Shown here: piece by piece, positions 53,945 to 64,000 of the stretch | Layout: every line of letters begins with the position of its first letter | Position numbering within the stretch: the stretch's first letter is position 1 | Source: Flectonema sp. DT1601 | Lineage: Eukaryota | Length of the DNA: 64,000 nucleotides | NCBI GenBank assembly: GCA_964019425.1 | Contig: OZ025802.1 | Coordinates: forward strand, 496,001-560,000 | Direction of reading: 5' to 3' | The notes under the pieces: model-generated | Database searches by the model: none | Told to the model about the DNA's origin: nothing | Seen by the model: the letters and a program-made list of their open reading frames with translations, nothing else | Made by a program: the position numbers and the translations under genes

Positions 53945-54243
53945 TACTTTTATTTATTTATTTGTGATACTGAGCGGTAAGTAACAAATCAAAAACAATA
54001 AAAGCACCCAACTCAATGTAATAATACCTCACTCACAGACCATTCCTGGTTTCTCATTTTAGCTTACCTGTACACGCGGAGAGGGAAAAAAATCATAAAA
54101 ACAGACCTAACAAAATAACATTTTTCAGGACGTTCCGTAGATTTCTTTTTAGTACGCTGCTTACTTGCGTACCTGAGGTCTCAAATACATCTACCCGATT
54201 ATCATTCAGAGACTAGTTAGTTGCTCCAGGCATCGAATGCACA

Positions 54244-54999
54244 TTAAAAGGCAGCTCTGGGTGGAGCTTCATTAATATAAAGTTCTTCTTGTCTTACTGG
54301 ACCTTCAGCAGAGTATCTCTCCCAAGAGATTCCTATTTCATCTAAGAAAGCTGCGAAATTAGGACCAGTTCCATTCATTCCTGGAACAGTGAATCCGAGA
54401 GAGCTGAGTCTTTCTTCAACTTCTTTATATCGAGTCTCCCGATGGCTATCACTCTTGTTGTAAGCAACAAACACCTCAATTCCATCTGCGTCTGCATAGT
54501 GAAGACGTGCGATCATACCAGCGACTGTATTCATTGCTTTCAAAACGTTTTCTTCAGCCTCAACTATAGTACAGTCATTACGAACTGCTGGACACAGTTG
54601 GAGATTGTTTTTTGATTTTGGATTCCACACAATATATACATCTACAGACTTCGGTATCCCTGTAGCCCCATTCAAGAATTGCGTGCAATTATTCTCCCTA
54701 TCAAGTATAAGAATGAATTCTGTCTTTGAATTACGACTACTTGTCTGTGGGGGGTCATATCCGTCCTCTATTAGCAGTTGTGGGATGTTCTTTTTAATAC
54801 GAACTTCGTCACTTGATCCGTTTTGAGGAACATTTCTAATCATTTCCAACAACATGTCTCTTCTCTTTTCCAGAAGCTCAGTTTCCTTTTCGAGGAATTG
54901 AACGGCTAAACTTTTTCCTTTTGAATTTGAATGACTATACTGGTCTTCGTTGGCACCTCTTCGACTATTACTTTCCCTGGGATCACGCCAACTAGACAT
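54244..54999 (-). CDS. Hypothetical protein (251 aa)
   Basis: Long ORF on the coding strand with normal composition. No family recognised. Confidence 0.75.
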   Translation of the reverse strand: MSSWRDPRESNSRRGANEDQYSHSNSKGKSLAVQFLEKETELLEKRRDMLLEMIRNVPQNGSSDEVRIKKNIPQLLIEDGYDPPQTSSRNSKTEFILILDRENNCTQFLNGATGIPKSVDVYIVWNPKSKNNLQLCPAVRNDCTIVEAEENVLKAMNTVAGMIARLHYADADGIEVFVAYNKSDSHRETRYKEVEERLSSLGFTVPGMNGTGPNFAAFLDEIGISWERYSAEGPVRQEELYINEAPPRAAF

Positions 55000-55255
55000 T
55001 AGTTTTATTTAGCTAGCTGGGAATTGTGTATTTGGCTGATTAATTTGTTTTCTTAAAAAAAACCAAAAAAAAAAATTATATTAAGGAAAACATCGCTGCG
55101 ACAACATGTGATTCCTGTTTTGATAAACTACTGATGATAATAATAATGAGGAGTAGTTTTTTGAGTGGGGGATTTCTAATAATCTAAAATAATTTATTAC
55201 TGTGGTACAGAATCAACTTCAGGTTGAGTATTGTTTTCAAACTGCTACTGAGAAC

Positions 55256-55507
55256 TCAACCTACTGGAGACCACTGCTGACCACCAGCCGAAACAGAATC
55301 GTTCTCCGGGTCAGCTACGTTACTCTCCGCCTCTTCTTGTATTTCTGATCTCCCAATCTCTAATCCCAACGGATGATAATTAGAACAGTCGTACCGAACA
55401 CTCTTTGTTGCTAATTCTGCTTGCAATTCCATCGCCACTACTTCGCTATAGCTGCAGAGGTGTGATGGAAGTTGGTTGCCAGGTCCGATCAGTGAATCGT
55501 AATTCAT
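55256..55507 (-). CDS. Small acidic protein (83 aa), weakly APC15-like
   Basis: ATG 55507 MNYDSLIGP...EVVAMELQAELATKSV...NYHPLG plus an acidic tail. Confidence 0.45.
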   Translation of the reverse strand: MNYDSLIGPGNQLPSHLCSYSEVVAMELQAELATKSVRYDCSNYHPLGLEIGRSEIQEEAESNVADPENDSVSAGGQQWSPVG

Positions 55508-56020
55508 GTTTACGTTAAAGTAATTCAAACAGACTGAGAATTTAATAAACATATCACTACTACACAACACAAATAATCTTTTTCCTTAGGAACGAATACG
55601 CGAATCAACAACAGAGTTTGAATCTTCTAATTGGGGGGATGGGGAAATGGGTCGTTTGTACTGAGGTCGCAGTTTTTTTTCTCTCTTTTTTTTTTTTTTT
55701 CATTCTTCCTCCATGGGTTTACCCTCTTTTATAATATATCTATTCAACGAGTCGATTTTCTTTGTTTTATAACTAGTGGTAGTCTGTGGCGATTCATGAT
55801 TGGTCGCAAAAATATTATGTATTTTACAAGTTCGTGGGGAGAACACTAATTTGTTTTTTTTTTTTACTTGTGAAAACAGACTACTAAAAAAAAAAAAAAC
55901 TTATTTTTAAAAAATAATAAAAAAAAAAACCGAAATAATGTTTAATCCAATGAAACAATTTTAGCCGGTTTTTTTTTTTTTTTTTTTTCCCCTTCTCCCT
56001 TTAAAAAAAACAAAAAACTC

Positions 56021-57574
56021 TCACTCACTGTAGCATAAGAATAACTCATGACCACATCCTACAGCTAGTAGGTCTTCTGTCGGATGGCAGTCAAGTTGGA
56101 GTGTCTTACTTAAAAAATCATGATCCTCGTAAGCATCTGGACGAACGGCTGCTCCGGCACCGTTTGGATCATCGAGAGGGACTGCTGTTTCTGACATGTC
56201 AGTGGTGTATAATCGAGAGGATGAATTTTGATTAAACTGAACAAACTCAGATCTATAAGACCCAGTGAATATCGCACTACCTGAAGGGTTTGTCACGACA
56301 TCGAAACGATCAAAAACATAGTCATGTTCATACAACTCATTAAGTCTTGGTTCAATATTCGAGTGTACTGGATGTGTATTTATTGGTAAGTCTGATTTAC
56401 GGGTATCCCAAATTCGAACATTTAAGTAGTCTCTCGCAATTACATGAATTCCATTTGTAGAATACTTCACAGAACTAATTCCAGCTAATATACTACTGAG
56501 ATATACGTTTGGTCCAGATGGAGGGGGTCCTGATAGGGTTTGACAGGCATCTTGACAAGTTAAATTAGTACGCATGTCATACACAGATATTATTCCTTTT
56601 GAATTAGCGACGCAGAATTCTTGAGGACGAAAAGTGTGAAAAGTACTCGAAGTTATCGTTTCTGATAGTTCTTCCATGTGTTCTGGACGTCTATCAAGAA
56701 TACGTAAACTATGTTCATGATGACCGAGGTGCCATAATTGTACAGTCAAGTCATCAGATGATAAGAAAGTCTCACCACCACTACTGGTACTTATACTGTT
56801 GACGTGATATTCGTGGTCTGCAGCAAATACTTTTGTTTCCTTATGCCATATAGCTGACTGACCTGGTTGGACTTTAGGAAACTTCAAATACTTCCAATCA
56901 TCAAGTATCGCTTCAACAGGTTCGTATTCCTCTGGTTGGGAGTATTTTCGTTCCCATATTTTCCACATCTTAATCGTTTTGTCATTACTTGTTAGGAAGA
57001 AGACCGAACCGTTTCCCATGTTTACGAATTTCAAGACGTTTACCTTTGCTTCTATTTCAGTACTGTTTAATGTATCTAATTGAGGTTGGTATGCCTCAAC
57101 TACGTCTATTAAAGTATAGCCATTAGGTGCTGGGCTTGGTTCGGGATTTGGAGTCAGAGATGCGAACGGTTCTCCATTCCTACAAAAAATATAACATCGA
57201 CCAGCTCTGTCCGCATATGCCAAGTAGTTTCCTGTTGAATCGAATGCAACACAGCTGATTGCCGGAGGACCCATTTCGAATTGTTCTCCCTTTGCAGCAG
57301 CGTTTGTTATAACTTGTTGGATTCTAAGATCAGGATAGACTTCTCTTTTTACTGAGGGTACTACTTGTTTAGGTCTTGTTAAATGTTGAGAGACAGCATC
57401 ATGACTGGTCATTATTCCCACAGGATCTCTATACCTCTCCATTGGTGTTGCTGCCTTTAACTCGTCAACATTACTTGCGTGTGGTGTTGAATCTCTTGTG
57501 TGACGAGGTGCTGGAGGTGATGTTGTTCTTCCTGTTGGAGCTGTTTTCCCAGCGACTTTCGGTCGCTTACTCAT
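56021..57574 (-). CDS. PP2A regulatory subunit B (B55/PR55 family); probable start 57574
   Basis: ISCVAFDSTGNYLA, SNDKTIKMWKI, HEYHVNSIS, FLSSDDL, ARDYLNVRIWD, FDRF, TGSY. Confidence 0.92.
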   Translation of the reverse strand: MSKRPKVAGKTAPTGRTTSPPAPRHTRDSTPHASNVDELKAATPMERYRDPVGIMTSHDAVSQHLTRPKQVVPSVKREVYPDLRIQQVITNAAAKGEQFEMGPPAISCVAFDSTGNYLAYADRAGRCYIFCRNGEPFASLTPNPEPSPAPNGYTLIDVVEAYQPQLDTLNSTEIEAKVNVLKFVNMGNGSVFFLTSNDKTIKMWKIWERKYSQPEEYEPVEAILDDWKYLKFPKVQPGQSAIWHKETKVFAADHEYHVNSISTSSGGETFLSSDDLTVQLWHLGHHEHSLRILDRRPEHMEELSETITSSTFHTFRPQEFCVANSKGIISVYDMRTNLTCQDACQTLSGPPPSGPNVYLSSILAGISSVKYSTNGIHVIARDYLNVRIWDTRKSDLPINTHPVHSNIEPRLNELYEHDYVFDRFDVVTNPSGSAIFTGSYRSEFVQFNQNSSSRLYTTDMSETAVPLDDPNGAGAAVRPDAYEDHDFLSKTLQLDCHPTEDLLAVGCGHELFLCYSE

Positions 57575-57843
57575 CCTGTAAAGGCTGTCAGATAAATTTA
57601 AAAAAAAAAAAAAATAAACATTATTAATAAATATCACAAGTAAAGTAACTGAAATCAATCACGATGATGTTTAATCAGAAACCTGTTCATAAATAAAAAT
57701 ATCTTATTAGTTGCTCACACAGACGCTACATTTGAGTGAAAGTCTCGTCACAGTGGACCTAAACCAAAACTAACCAGATAATTTGACGACCCTTAGACGT
57801 CAAAAGAAGATGTTCTTTTTGTGTTTTATTATAAACAGAACTC

Positions 57844-58704
57844 TTAATCTATTTTTTTATCAAAATCAGTTTTATCTCCAGTTTTAGTAGAATAGATGGG
57901 TACAGTAACTGGTACTGAAGTAGGTATCAACCACATTAATGGATGCTTTCCAAGTACTTCAGCAATGTTAGAAAGCCAACCCCTATCGTATCTGTTTATA
58001 CCATACGAGTAATCAGCTGACACATTTTCATCATACGTCGTCATATTCCTACGAATATTCGCAAACGTTCCCCAAAAGAACGATCCCGCAAAGAGAAGGA
58101 ATCCAAAAGCAGTTAATCCATAAACAACCAATACGACTCTTACCCAAACTGGCTCTCTGTAAGTGTAGCGAACACGTGTTTCTTTGAATCCGAGCGGTGC
58201 TCCCAGTGGGAGGTATGGTTCATCTCTACCAGAACTATACATGTAGTGGTATGCCATATAAAAATAATGAACAATGCAGATTGTTATGTAGAATAGAAAT
58301 AAAACAAAGAATTTGTGATTACGTTGACCGACGCAGTTACCAACCCAAATGCAGTGATGATCGTAACGAGCAACGCAACAACCGCAGTGGCTGCAATGGT
58401 GAGTTCTGGGTGGTTTCCAATCATTGCATCTTCGACACCAAATTGATTCTTTATCACGAGGTTCTTCATTACTTCCATTCCATCCTTTGGGAATCTCACC
58501 TGCGTGGACCAAAGCACATTGCCACAAACAGTATAACACAGTCACTCCATCAATAGTAGCGAATGCTAATTGCTTCATCCTCCAACTATCAGTTTGTCTA
58601 TTAATTGCAGGGACGAATACGTAATAGCAAAGCGACCAATACGCGAATATCAAAAACGATATTAGTATCGGAAAAGGATAGTCAAAGAGCTTTAGTATTT
58701 TCAT
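57844..58704 (-). CDS. DHHC palmitoyltransferase
   Basis: CRRCNDWKPPRTHHCSHCGCCVARYDHHCIWVGNCVGQRNHKFF; NMTTYD; 4 TM segments. Confidence 0.96.
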   Translation of the reverse strand: MKILKLFDYPFPILISFLIFAYWSLCYYVFVPAINRQTDSWRMKQLAFATIDGVTVLYCLWQCALVHAGEIPKGWNGSNEEPRDKESIWCRRCNDWKPPRTHHCSHCGCCVARYDHHCIWVGNCVGQRNHKFFVLFLFYITICIVHYFYMAYHYMYSSGRDEPYLPLGAPLGFKETRVRYTYREPVWVRVVLVVYGLTAFGFLLFAGSFFWGTFANIRRNMTTYDENVSADYSYGINRYDRGWLSNIAEVLGKHPLMWLIPTSVPVTVPIYSTKTGDKTDFDKKID

Positions 58705-59834
58705 TTTTTTTTTTTTTTTTTTTTTGAATTTAATAAACCTGTTGAAAGAAATTCTTATTCAGGGAAGAATTAATTTTCTAATGATAGAGCCTTGCCTTAA
58801 GACACCCACGCAATGTGTAACAGATATGCCGCTCAAGCCAAACTCCCCACTTGATTGGTGTCTCCAAACGAGCCAATGCCCGTTTGTAGCTCAAAAAAAA
58901 ATAATAAATCCGGCTTTTAACTTTTTTACTTAGAAAATCGTAATATAACACTTGTTTATATTTTTTTTTTTGTTCGTAAAACTAAAACTGAGACATTATT
59001 CTTAGCTCTTATATACTTAAGATAGAAATAGCACATCAATAACAGCTGTGTTCTGCTTGGAACACAGACCCACAGCTTTGTTTTGTTAGTAAGTTTTAAA
59101 AAAAAGGAAGAATTGCAAACTAAATACAAAGAAAAAAAAACGGAATAAATCGGGGAGGGAAGGTAAAAAAAATAGAAATAGATAGAAACCCAACATCACA
59201 ATCTTTTTTTTTCTGTTTAATTTTTGTTTTGACAAAACAGTTGAAAACACACATTACAACTTTTTCTTTTTTTTTTTTTTTTGTCTGACTAAACGCAAAA
59301 ATTCCAGCACCCAGCCTGAACCAATTTCGTCAATAGAAGTGAAATTCAAAAAAAAAAAAATTCAAATGCGTGTCCGTTTCGTTGAATTAGACGTCAGTAG
59401 TAATAACAGTCGAGTTTACAACTGAGTGCATTTTCATTCCAAATAGAACCCAACAAACTTTTTTTTTTTTTTTTTTTGATTAGACTTACAGTCATGATAA
59501 AAGAGGGGTACTTGGTCCAGACCAAAAAATATGCAAAAAAAAAAAAGGAATTTTTAAAACGTAAAAGAGAGAACCAAAAATAATCTCAAAGAAAACAGCA
59601 AAAAAAAAAAAAAAAAAAAGATTTTTTAACATTAAAGTACTTGCAATGGTATGCAGTAAAGATATATGTCACACGACTAATAATGAAAAAAAAAAAAAAA
59701 AAAAAAAAAATAGGAAAACGGAGCAATCAATTCCCAGGCTAGGCCTGATTTTTTTCATTCCCCCCCGAGTAAGTACCGTAATAATTCAGAGACTAACTTC
59801 TCCTGAATAAATTCTGAAAAAGTAAAAAAAAAGA

Positions 59835-59945
59835 ATCGGCCAACTTCATTCACGTTTTTTTTAATTTTTTTTTAACTCAATACCGTTGTTTTGTTTGTGT
59901 AAATTGTGGTACAAAGCATAATAAAGAAAGCAGGATAATTACGCT
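59835..59945. repeat. Dispersed repeat B, copy 2
   Basis: Same ordered blocks as 40921-41019. Confidence 0.65.
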
Positions 59946-60289
59946 GCCACAATTCAATATCTACAGAATAATATGACCCTTTTATAGGTACAAAAAAAAA
60001 AAAAAAAAAAAAAAAAAAAGAAATTCAAATTGGCTATATCACTTTTGTCATTTCTCAAAAATTTCTAACAAAAAATGTTTTGGACAAGGTTCGGAGTTTT
60101 TGTATAATTTTGACCCGACAGAGAATTATAGAGAACGACATAAACACACACATTTCAGTAATATAGACAAATTTGAAAAAAAGAAAAGAAAGAAGAAAAA
60201 AAAAACTTATTATTGTTATTTTTTTAAGGCACTCACTGAGAGGTTAACTTCAATCTATTTGAAAAATTACTACTATTTTTTTTTTGTAA

Positions 60290-62899
60290 TTAATCAATAT
60301 CGTCATTCCATTCTAAGGTATCTTCAGTAGGTTTTGGAATGATGGAGTAGGAAGTGGATGCAGGTGGCATTGTTCGAGGCCACCAGTTCCATCTACTGGC
60401 TTTGATCATAAGCGCAGGAACAAGAATGGTTCGGATGACGAAAGTGTCCAGAAAAACTGAAACCGTTAATACAAAGCCGAATTGATTAAGCATTGTTTCA
60501 GTCGATGCGAGAAGTCCTCCAAAAGCAACACACATAATGAAACCTGCTCCTGATATTGCTGATCCAGTTTTCGCCATCGCAATGACAATTGAGTCTTCAT
60601 CAGACATTCCAGATAATCGATATTCAAAAATCCTAGTCAATAAAAACACATCATAATCTATCCCCAATGATATACAAACAGGTACAACTATAGCTGGAAT
60701 AGAATAACTCAATCCCTCACACTCGAACTCTTTCAAATATGGAAACAACCACCAAAACAACGACGTCTGATAAACAATAACAGCAACAGACAACGTCACT
60801 GCTATCGTAAACGACAACGCTAATGCAAGTCTAAAGGGTAACACCAACGATTGAAATGCAACTGCAACAATGACCATAACTGTAGATATAATAATCGCGA
60901 CTACTTGAGGCATTGTTTTCATGACTACGTCAGAGCTATCAACATCATCACCACCTAAAAGATGAGCTTGAATTCCGTAAGATAAATATCTTCTGTTTAC
61001 TTCATCAATTTGATCTCTCATTTCCCTTACCCAACTAGAACTCCGTGCCCCATACGGAACAAAAGGAGTAAAAATATTCGTTGCGGTAGCATTGTGACCA
61101 CTACTATGTTTTTTTAATAATTTTCTATAGTCACTGTCGTTTAGTGAGAGTTTTTGAGCTTCTGAGAATGTGAGGGTTCGACCCCAAAGGTGAGCAGGAC
61201 CTTCTAAGATTCTGTAATCGACTACGAGTGGATTGTTTTTTATATACTTTGAATTATTGGTTACGATTATAACAGAATCTCCTAAGTCTGACAGTGCTTT
61301 GAATCCGACGTCACTCCACATGTCAGATCCAATAATCAAGATTGAATATGGTTGTAATCGACCTGGTGCGATACCTGCCTTTTGCATCCTTAATGTTGCA
61401 GATTCACTCTTAGAGTCTCTTGGTCTGGTTAGAAATCTATTTTCACTGACTTTAAAATCTTTTAAATTATACATCAAAGGAATCCCCAACACTGCTATTA
61501 TTACTATCACAAGAGTCGCATGACGGTGAATGAACACTCCGAATTTATACCAAAAAGTATTTTGAATGTGTTGCATGTCTGTTGATGAAGGCGAAGAATC
61601 ATCCTTTATAGCACATTCGAATATATCCAAGTCTTCGTGAAGGTATGAGTCTGATGGAGCTGATACTTCTGGTAGGGAATTGATACTCGCGTTTACCGAC
61701 CATATTTTTCCTAGTTTAGGGTGTTGAGTTATCTTTTTATAACTTTCCGATCTTTTTTTACATCGAAATCCAACCATCGTGTATGGAAAAGGCTTGGTAA
61801 ACCACTGTCCAAAGATTATCAGTAATGCCGGAGTTGCTGTCAAATTACACAAAACAGTTGCGACAGCAGTTATTCCAGTACAGATACCCGCTGCTCTTAT
61901 AGTAGCTAGTGGTAACAGGACTCCAGAAAAGAACGCGAGAGAGATTAAAAATCCTGACAATGAGACGGTATGACCAGAATGTCTAAGCATTTTTTGTACA
62001 GCATTCCATTGAGAAGTACCAATGTCGAGTTCATCAACGTACCTTCGTAGTAGAAATAAAGAATAATCAATTGATAAAGCAACCGCTGCTGATATCATTA
62101 CCTCAGGTGTTTCGGATGATACATCTCCCCAGCGCTTGGCTATCGGGAGTGCAAGTGTAAATGACGTCCCAAATGAGAGACCCATACATATCAACGGTAT
62201 AATTAGAAGCTGAAAACGTCTTAGAAAGAATGATAAAACCGCAAAAGCGAATGGCAGAACAATAACTTCCATCTTTCGGAGACTACTCACAGCACGACCT
62301 TTCATTTCCAATGTTAAGACATTCCCACCAGAGAAAGTAAGTTCAATGTCTTGTCCAAGAATTGAACAGTTCGTGTACTCTCGTTGTATGAAATTTATGA
62401 ATCTAAAAGCATCATTTTCTGAAACCTTATGATGATTTCTAGTATTCTCTACAATACATCTCGTGATAGTAGTTGTGTTGTCAGTTGATAACATCCAACC
62501 AACAGGGCTTCCATCAATACTTGGGAGGTAGTATCCACTTACTTGGATTACATATTGCTGATTAAATTCAGATCTCTCGACTAGTTCGCTGAGCCATCTT
62601 TGAAACTGAGTTACTTGCAGTTTGTTGTCTCCTTTATTTATTTCTCCGCCTTTTTCTACCTCAAGTACGACGTCTAAGACTGAACCCATTCCGGTCATGT
62701 TTTTAAAATATTCTTTACTCAAGGAATTTGCTACTCCGCTTCTCGAATTTTCAGGTGGACTCAGCGTCGCTCCTGTGTTTTGCATTAACTCTGGTGCAGT
62801 GTAAACACAAAGTCCTCCAAACAATGACCAGAGTACGAGAGTTACGATTGCTAACCGAAATGCCCAAGTAGGAGTGTTGGGGTCCCATGGTGGATTCAT
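60290..62899 (-). CDS. MMPL/RND-family membrane transporter; probable start 62899
   Basis: Two repeated halves: ALSIDYSLFLLRRY...SGHTVSLSG and LGIDYDVFLLTRIFE...TGSAISGAGFIM...LDTFVIRTILVPA...WNWWP. Confidence 0.9.
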   Translation of the reverse strand: MNPPWDPNTPTWAFRLAIVTLVLWSLFGGLCVYTAPELMQNTGATLSPPENSRSGVANSLSKEYFKNMTGMGSVLDVVLEVEKGGEINKGDNKLQVTQFQRWLSELVERSEFNQQYVIQVSGYYLPSIDGSPVGWMLSTDNTTTITRCIVENTRNHHKVSENDAFRFINFIQREYTNCSILGQDIELTFSGGNVLTLEMKGRAVSSLRKMEVIVLPFAFAVLSFFLRRFQLLIIPLICMGLSFGTSFTLALPIAKRWGDVSSETPEVMISAAVALSIDYSLFLLRRYVDELDIGTSQWNAVQKMLRHSGHTVSLSGFLISLAFFSGVLLPLATIRAAGICTGITAVATVLCNLTATPALLIIFGQWFTKPFPYTMVGFRCKKRSESYKKITQHPKLGKIWSVNASINSLPEVSAPSDSYLHEDLDIFECAIKDDSSPSSTDMQHIQNTFWYKFGVFIHRHATLVIVIIAVLGIPLMYNLKDFKVSENRFLTRPRDSKSESATLRMQKAGIAPGRLQPYSILIIGSDMWSDVGFKALSDLGDSVIIVTNNSKYIKNNPLVVDYRILEGPAHLWGRTLTFSEAQKLSLNDSDYRKLLKKHSSGHNATATNIFTPFVPYGARSSSWVREMRDQIDEVNRRYLSYGIQAHLLGGDDVDSSDVVMKTMPQVVAIIISTVMVIVAVAFQSLVLPFRLALALSFTIAVTLSVAVIVYQTSLFWWLFPYLKEFECEGLSYSIPAIVVPVCISLGIDYDVFLLTRIFEYRLSGMSDEDSIVIAMAKTGSAISGAGFIMCVAFGGLLASTETMLNQFGFVLTVSVFLDTFVIRTILVPALMIKASRWNWWPRTMPPASTSYSIIPKPTEDTLEWNDDID

Positions 62900-63367
62900 T
62901 TTTTTTTTGTCTGTTTTTGTAAAAATATGTGTAAGCCTCACCAACGAGTAATTAAAAAACAACCAAACATATCGGAACAGGAACAGAACTCCACAACAGA
63001 ATAAGATTGGTTCCTTGAAACTATCTTTTTACTATTACGTGGGTTGTCATTTTTATTCTTGTTTTTCCTCTTTTTTCTTAAAAGCCTATATTGTCTTTCA
63101 AAGTAGTTGATAATTATCGTCCAACAAACACAGAAAAATCGCAAAAAAAAGTCGGATGTTTTTTGTTTTGTGTACGAAAAAAAAACATCAAGGTGTATTT
63201 TTTCTTTTTTTTTTTTCCTTCTTCTTTTTATTCCCCGCAGTAAAGTAAAAAAACAGGTTAATTAACGAAGAGAAAACAAAAAAAGCCGTTCAGCAGAAGA
63301 GATGTTACTCTCCAAGTTGACTATAGAGCTCTTTTTAAGAGTGATTTGATGAGGAGATAAAAGAAAA

Positions 63368-63403
<36 letters not shown>

Positions 63404-63792
63404 CCCTCATAATTATTCGCATTTATCGATTTAGATTAGCCGGTTATATTTCGTTGAAAACGCAGACAAGACCATATATATTAAAAAAAAGAAATAAACG
63501 TGGGCTTTTTTTTTTCAATTTCTGAAAAAATGCTTTACACTTTGCATACGGAATAGTGCCACCGGCTTAATATATCGAAGAGTAAAATGGTCGTCTTTTT
63601 TTTCACAGTAAGAAGTTAAGAAGAAAAAAAAAAACCATTATTCTAACAATTTGTAACAAAAACAAATAAATAAATAAATAAATAAATACATATAGAACAC
63701 CCCTACCTGGTGTCGGAGAGAGAAAATATTTTTATTCCATCACAAAATAGGATCCGTCATCTGGGGGGGTTGAATGTTTGAATTTGTAAAAT

Positions 63793-63854
63793 ACAACTGT
63801 TTTGTATCGCGTTAACATAACGATGGTTTAACAATCTGTTAAGGATACAGTGAA
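63793..63854. repeat. Dispersed repeat A, copy 2, within a region with repeated gtcatctggggg
   Basis: 21-nt identity with 13053-13073; gtcatctggggg occurs at ~63756 and ~63886. Confidence 0.7.
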
Positions 63855-64000
63855 CTATGGTGATGCTTAACTTAGCCTTTTAAATGTCATCTGGGGGTAA
63901 CTTGATACTAATATTATTGGGGGGTGAATATCAAAATGTTTGTACAATAAAGGGACGTGAGAAAGGAAAAGAACACCACCCCCCTCTAGAATACTTCTTT

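Overview
AT-rich, homopolymer-rich eukaryotic DNA. All ~29 credible protein genes lie head-to-tail on the minus strand, and many have pyrimidine-tract/AG acceptors just upstream of the start codon. This suggests a polycistronic, trans-spliced euglenozoan genome, probably a diplonemid given the frequent cis-introns (inference). Genes include: MetE, cyclophilin, FPGS/FolC, a 4-exon tandem-dCache membrane receptor, four class III nucleotide-cyclase-family genes (one intact with C-terminal GAFs, three degenerate), a PPR-like protein, six tandem CNBP/UMSBP-like zinc-knuckle genes, and LRR, DUF1348, EF-hand/WD40, XPC/Rad4, folliculin, FYVE-RING, PP2A-B55, DHHC and MMPL/RND proteins. Main observations: (1) all 18 reconstructed GT-AG cis-introns end in A/C-rich tracts instead of polypyrimidine tracts, while gene-proximal acceptors keep pyrimidine tracts; (2) all 11 zinc-knuckle introns sit at one knuckle position and the intron types are shuffled between copies; (3) a 43-nt copy of the 18S rRNA 5' end sits inside a fold-back upstream of metE; (4) a 772-bp TIR element carries a tRNA-like cassette. 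All calls come from manual reading; no database searches were run.
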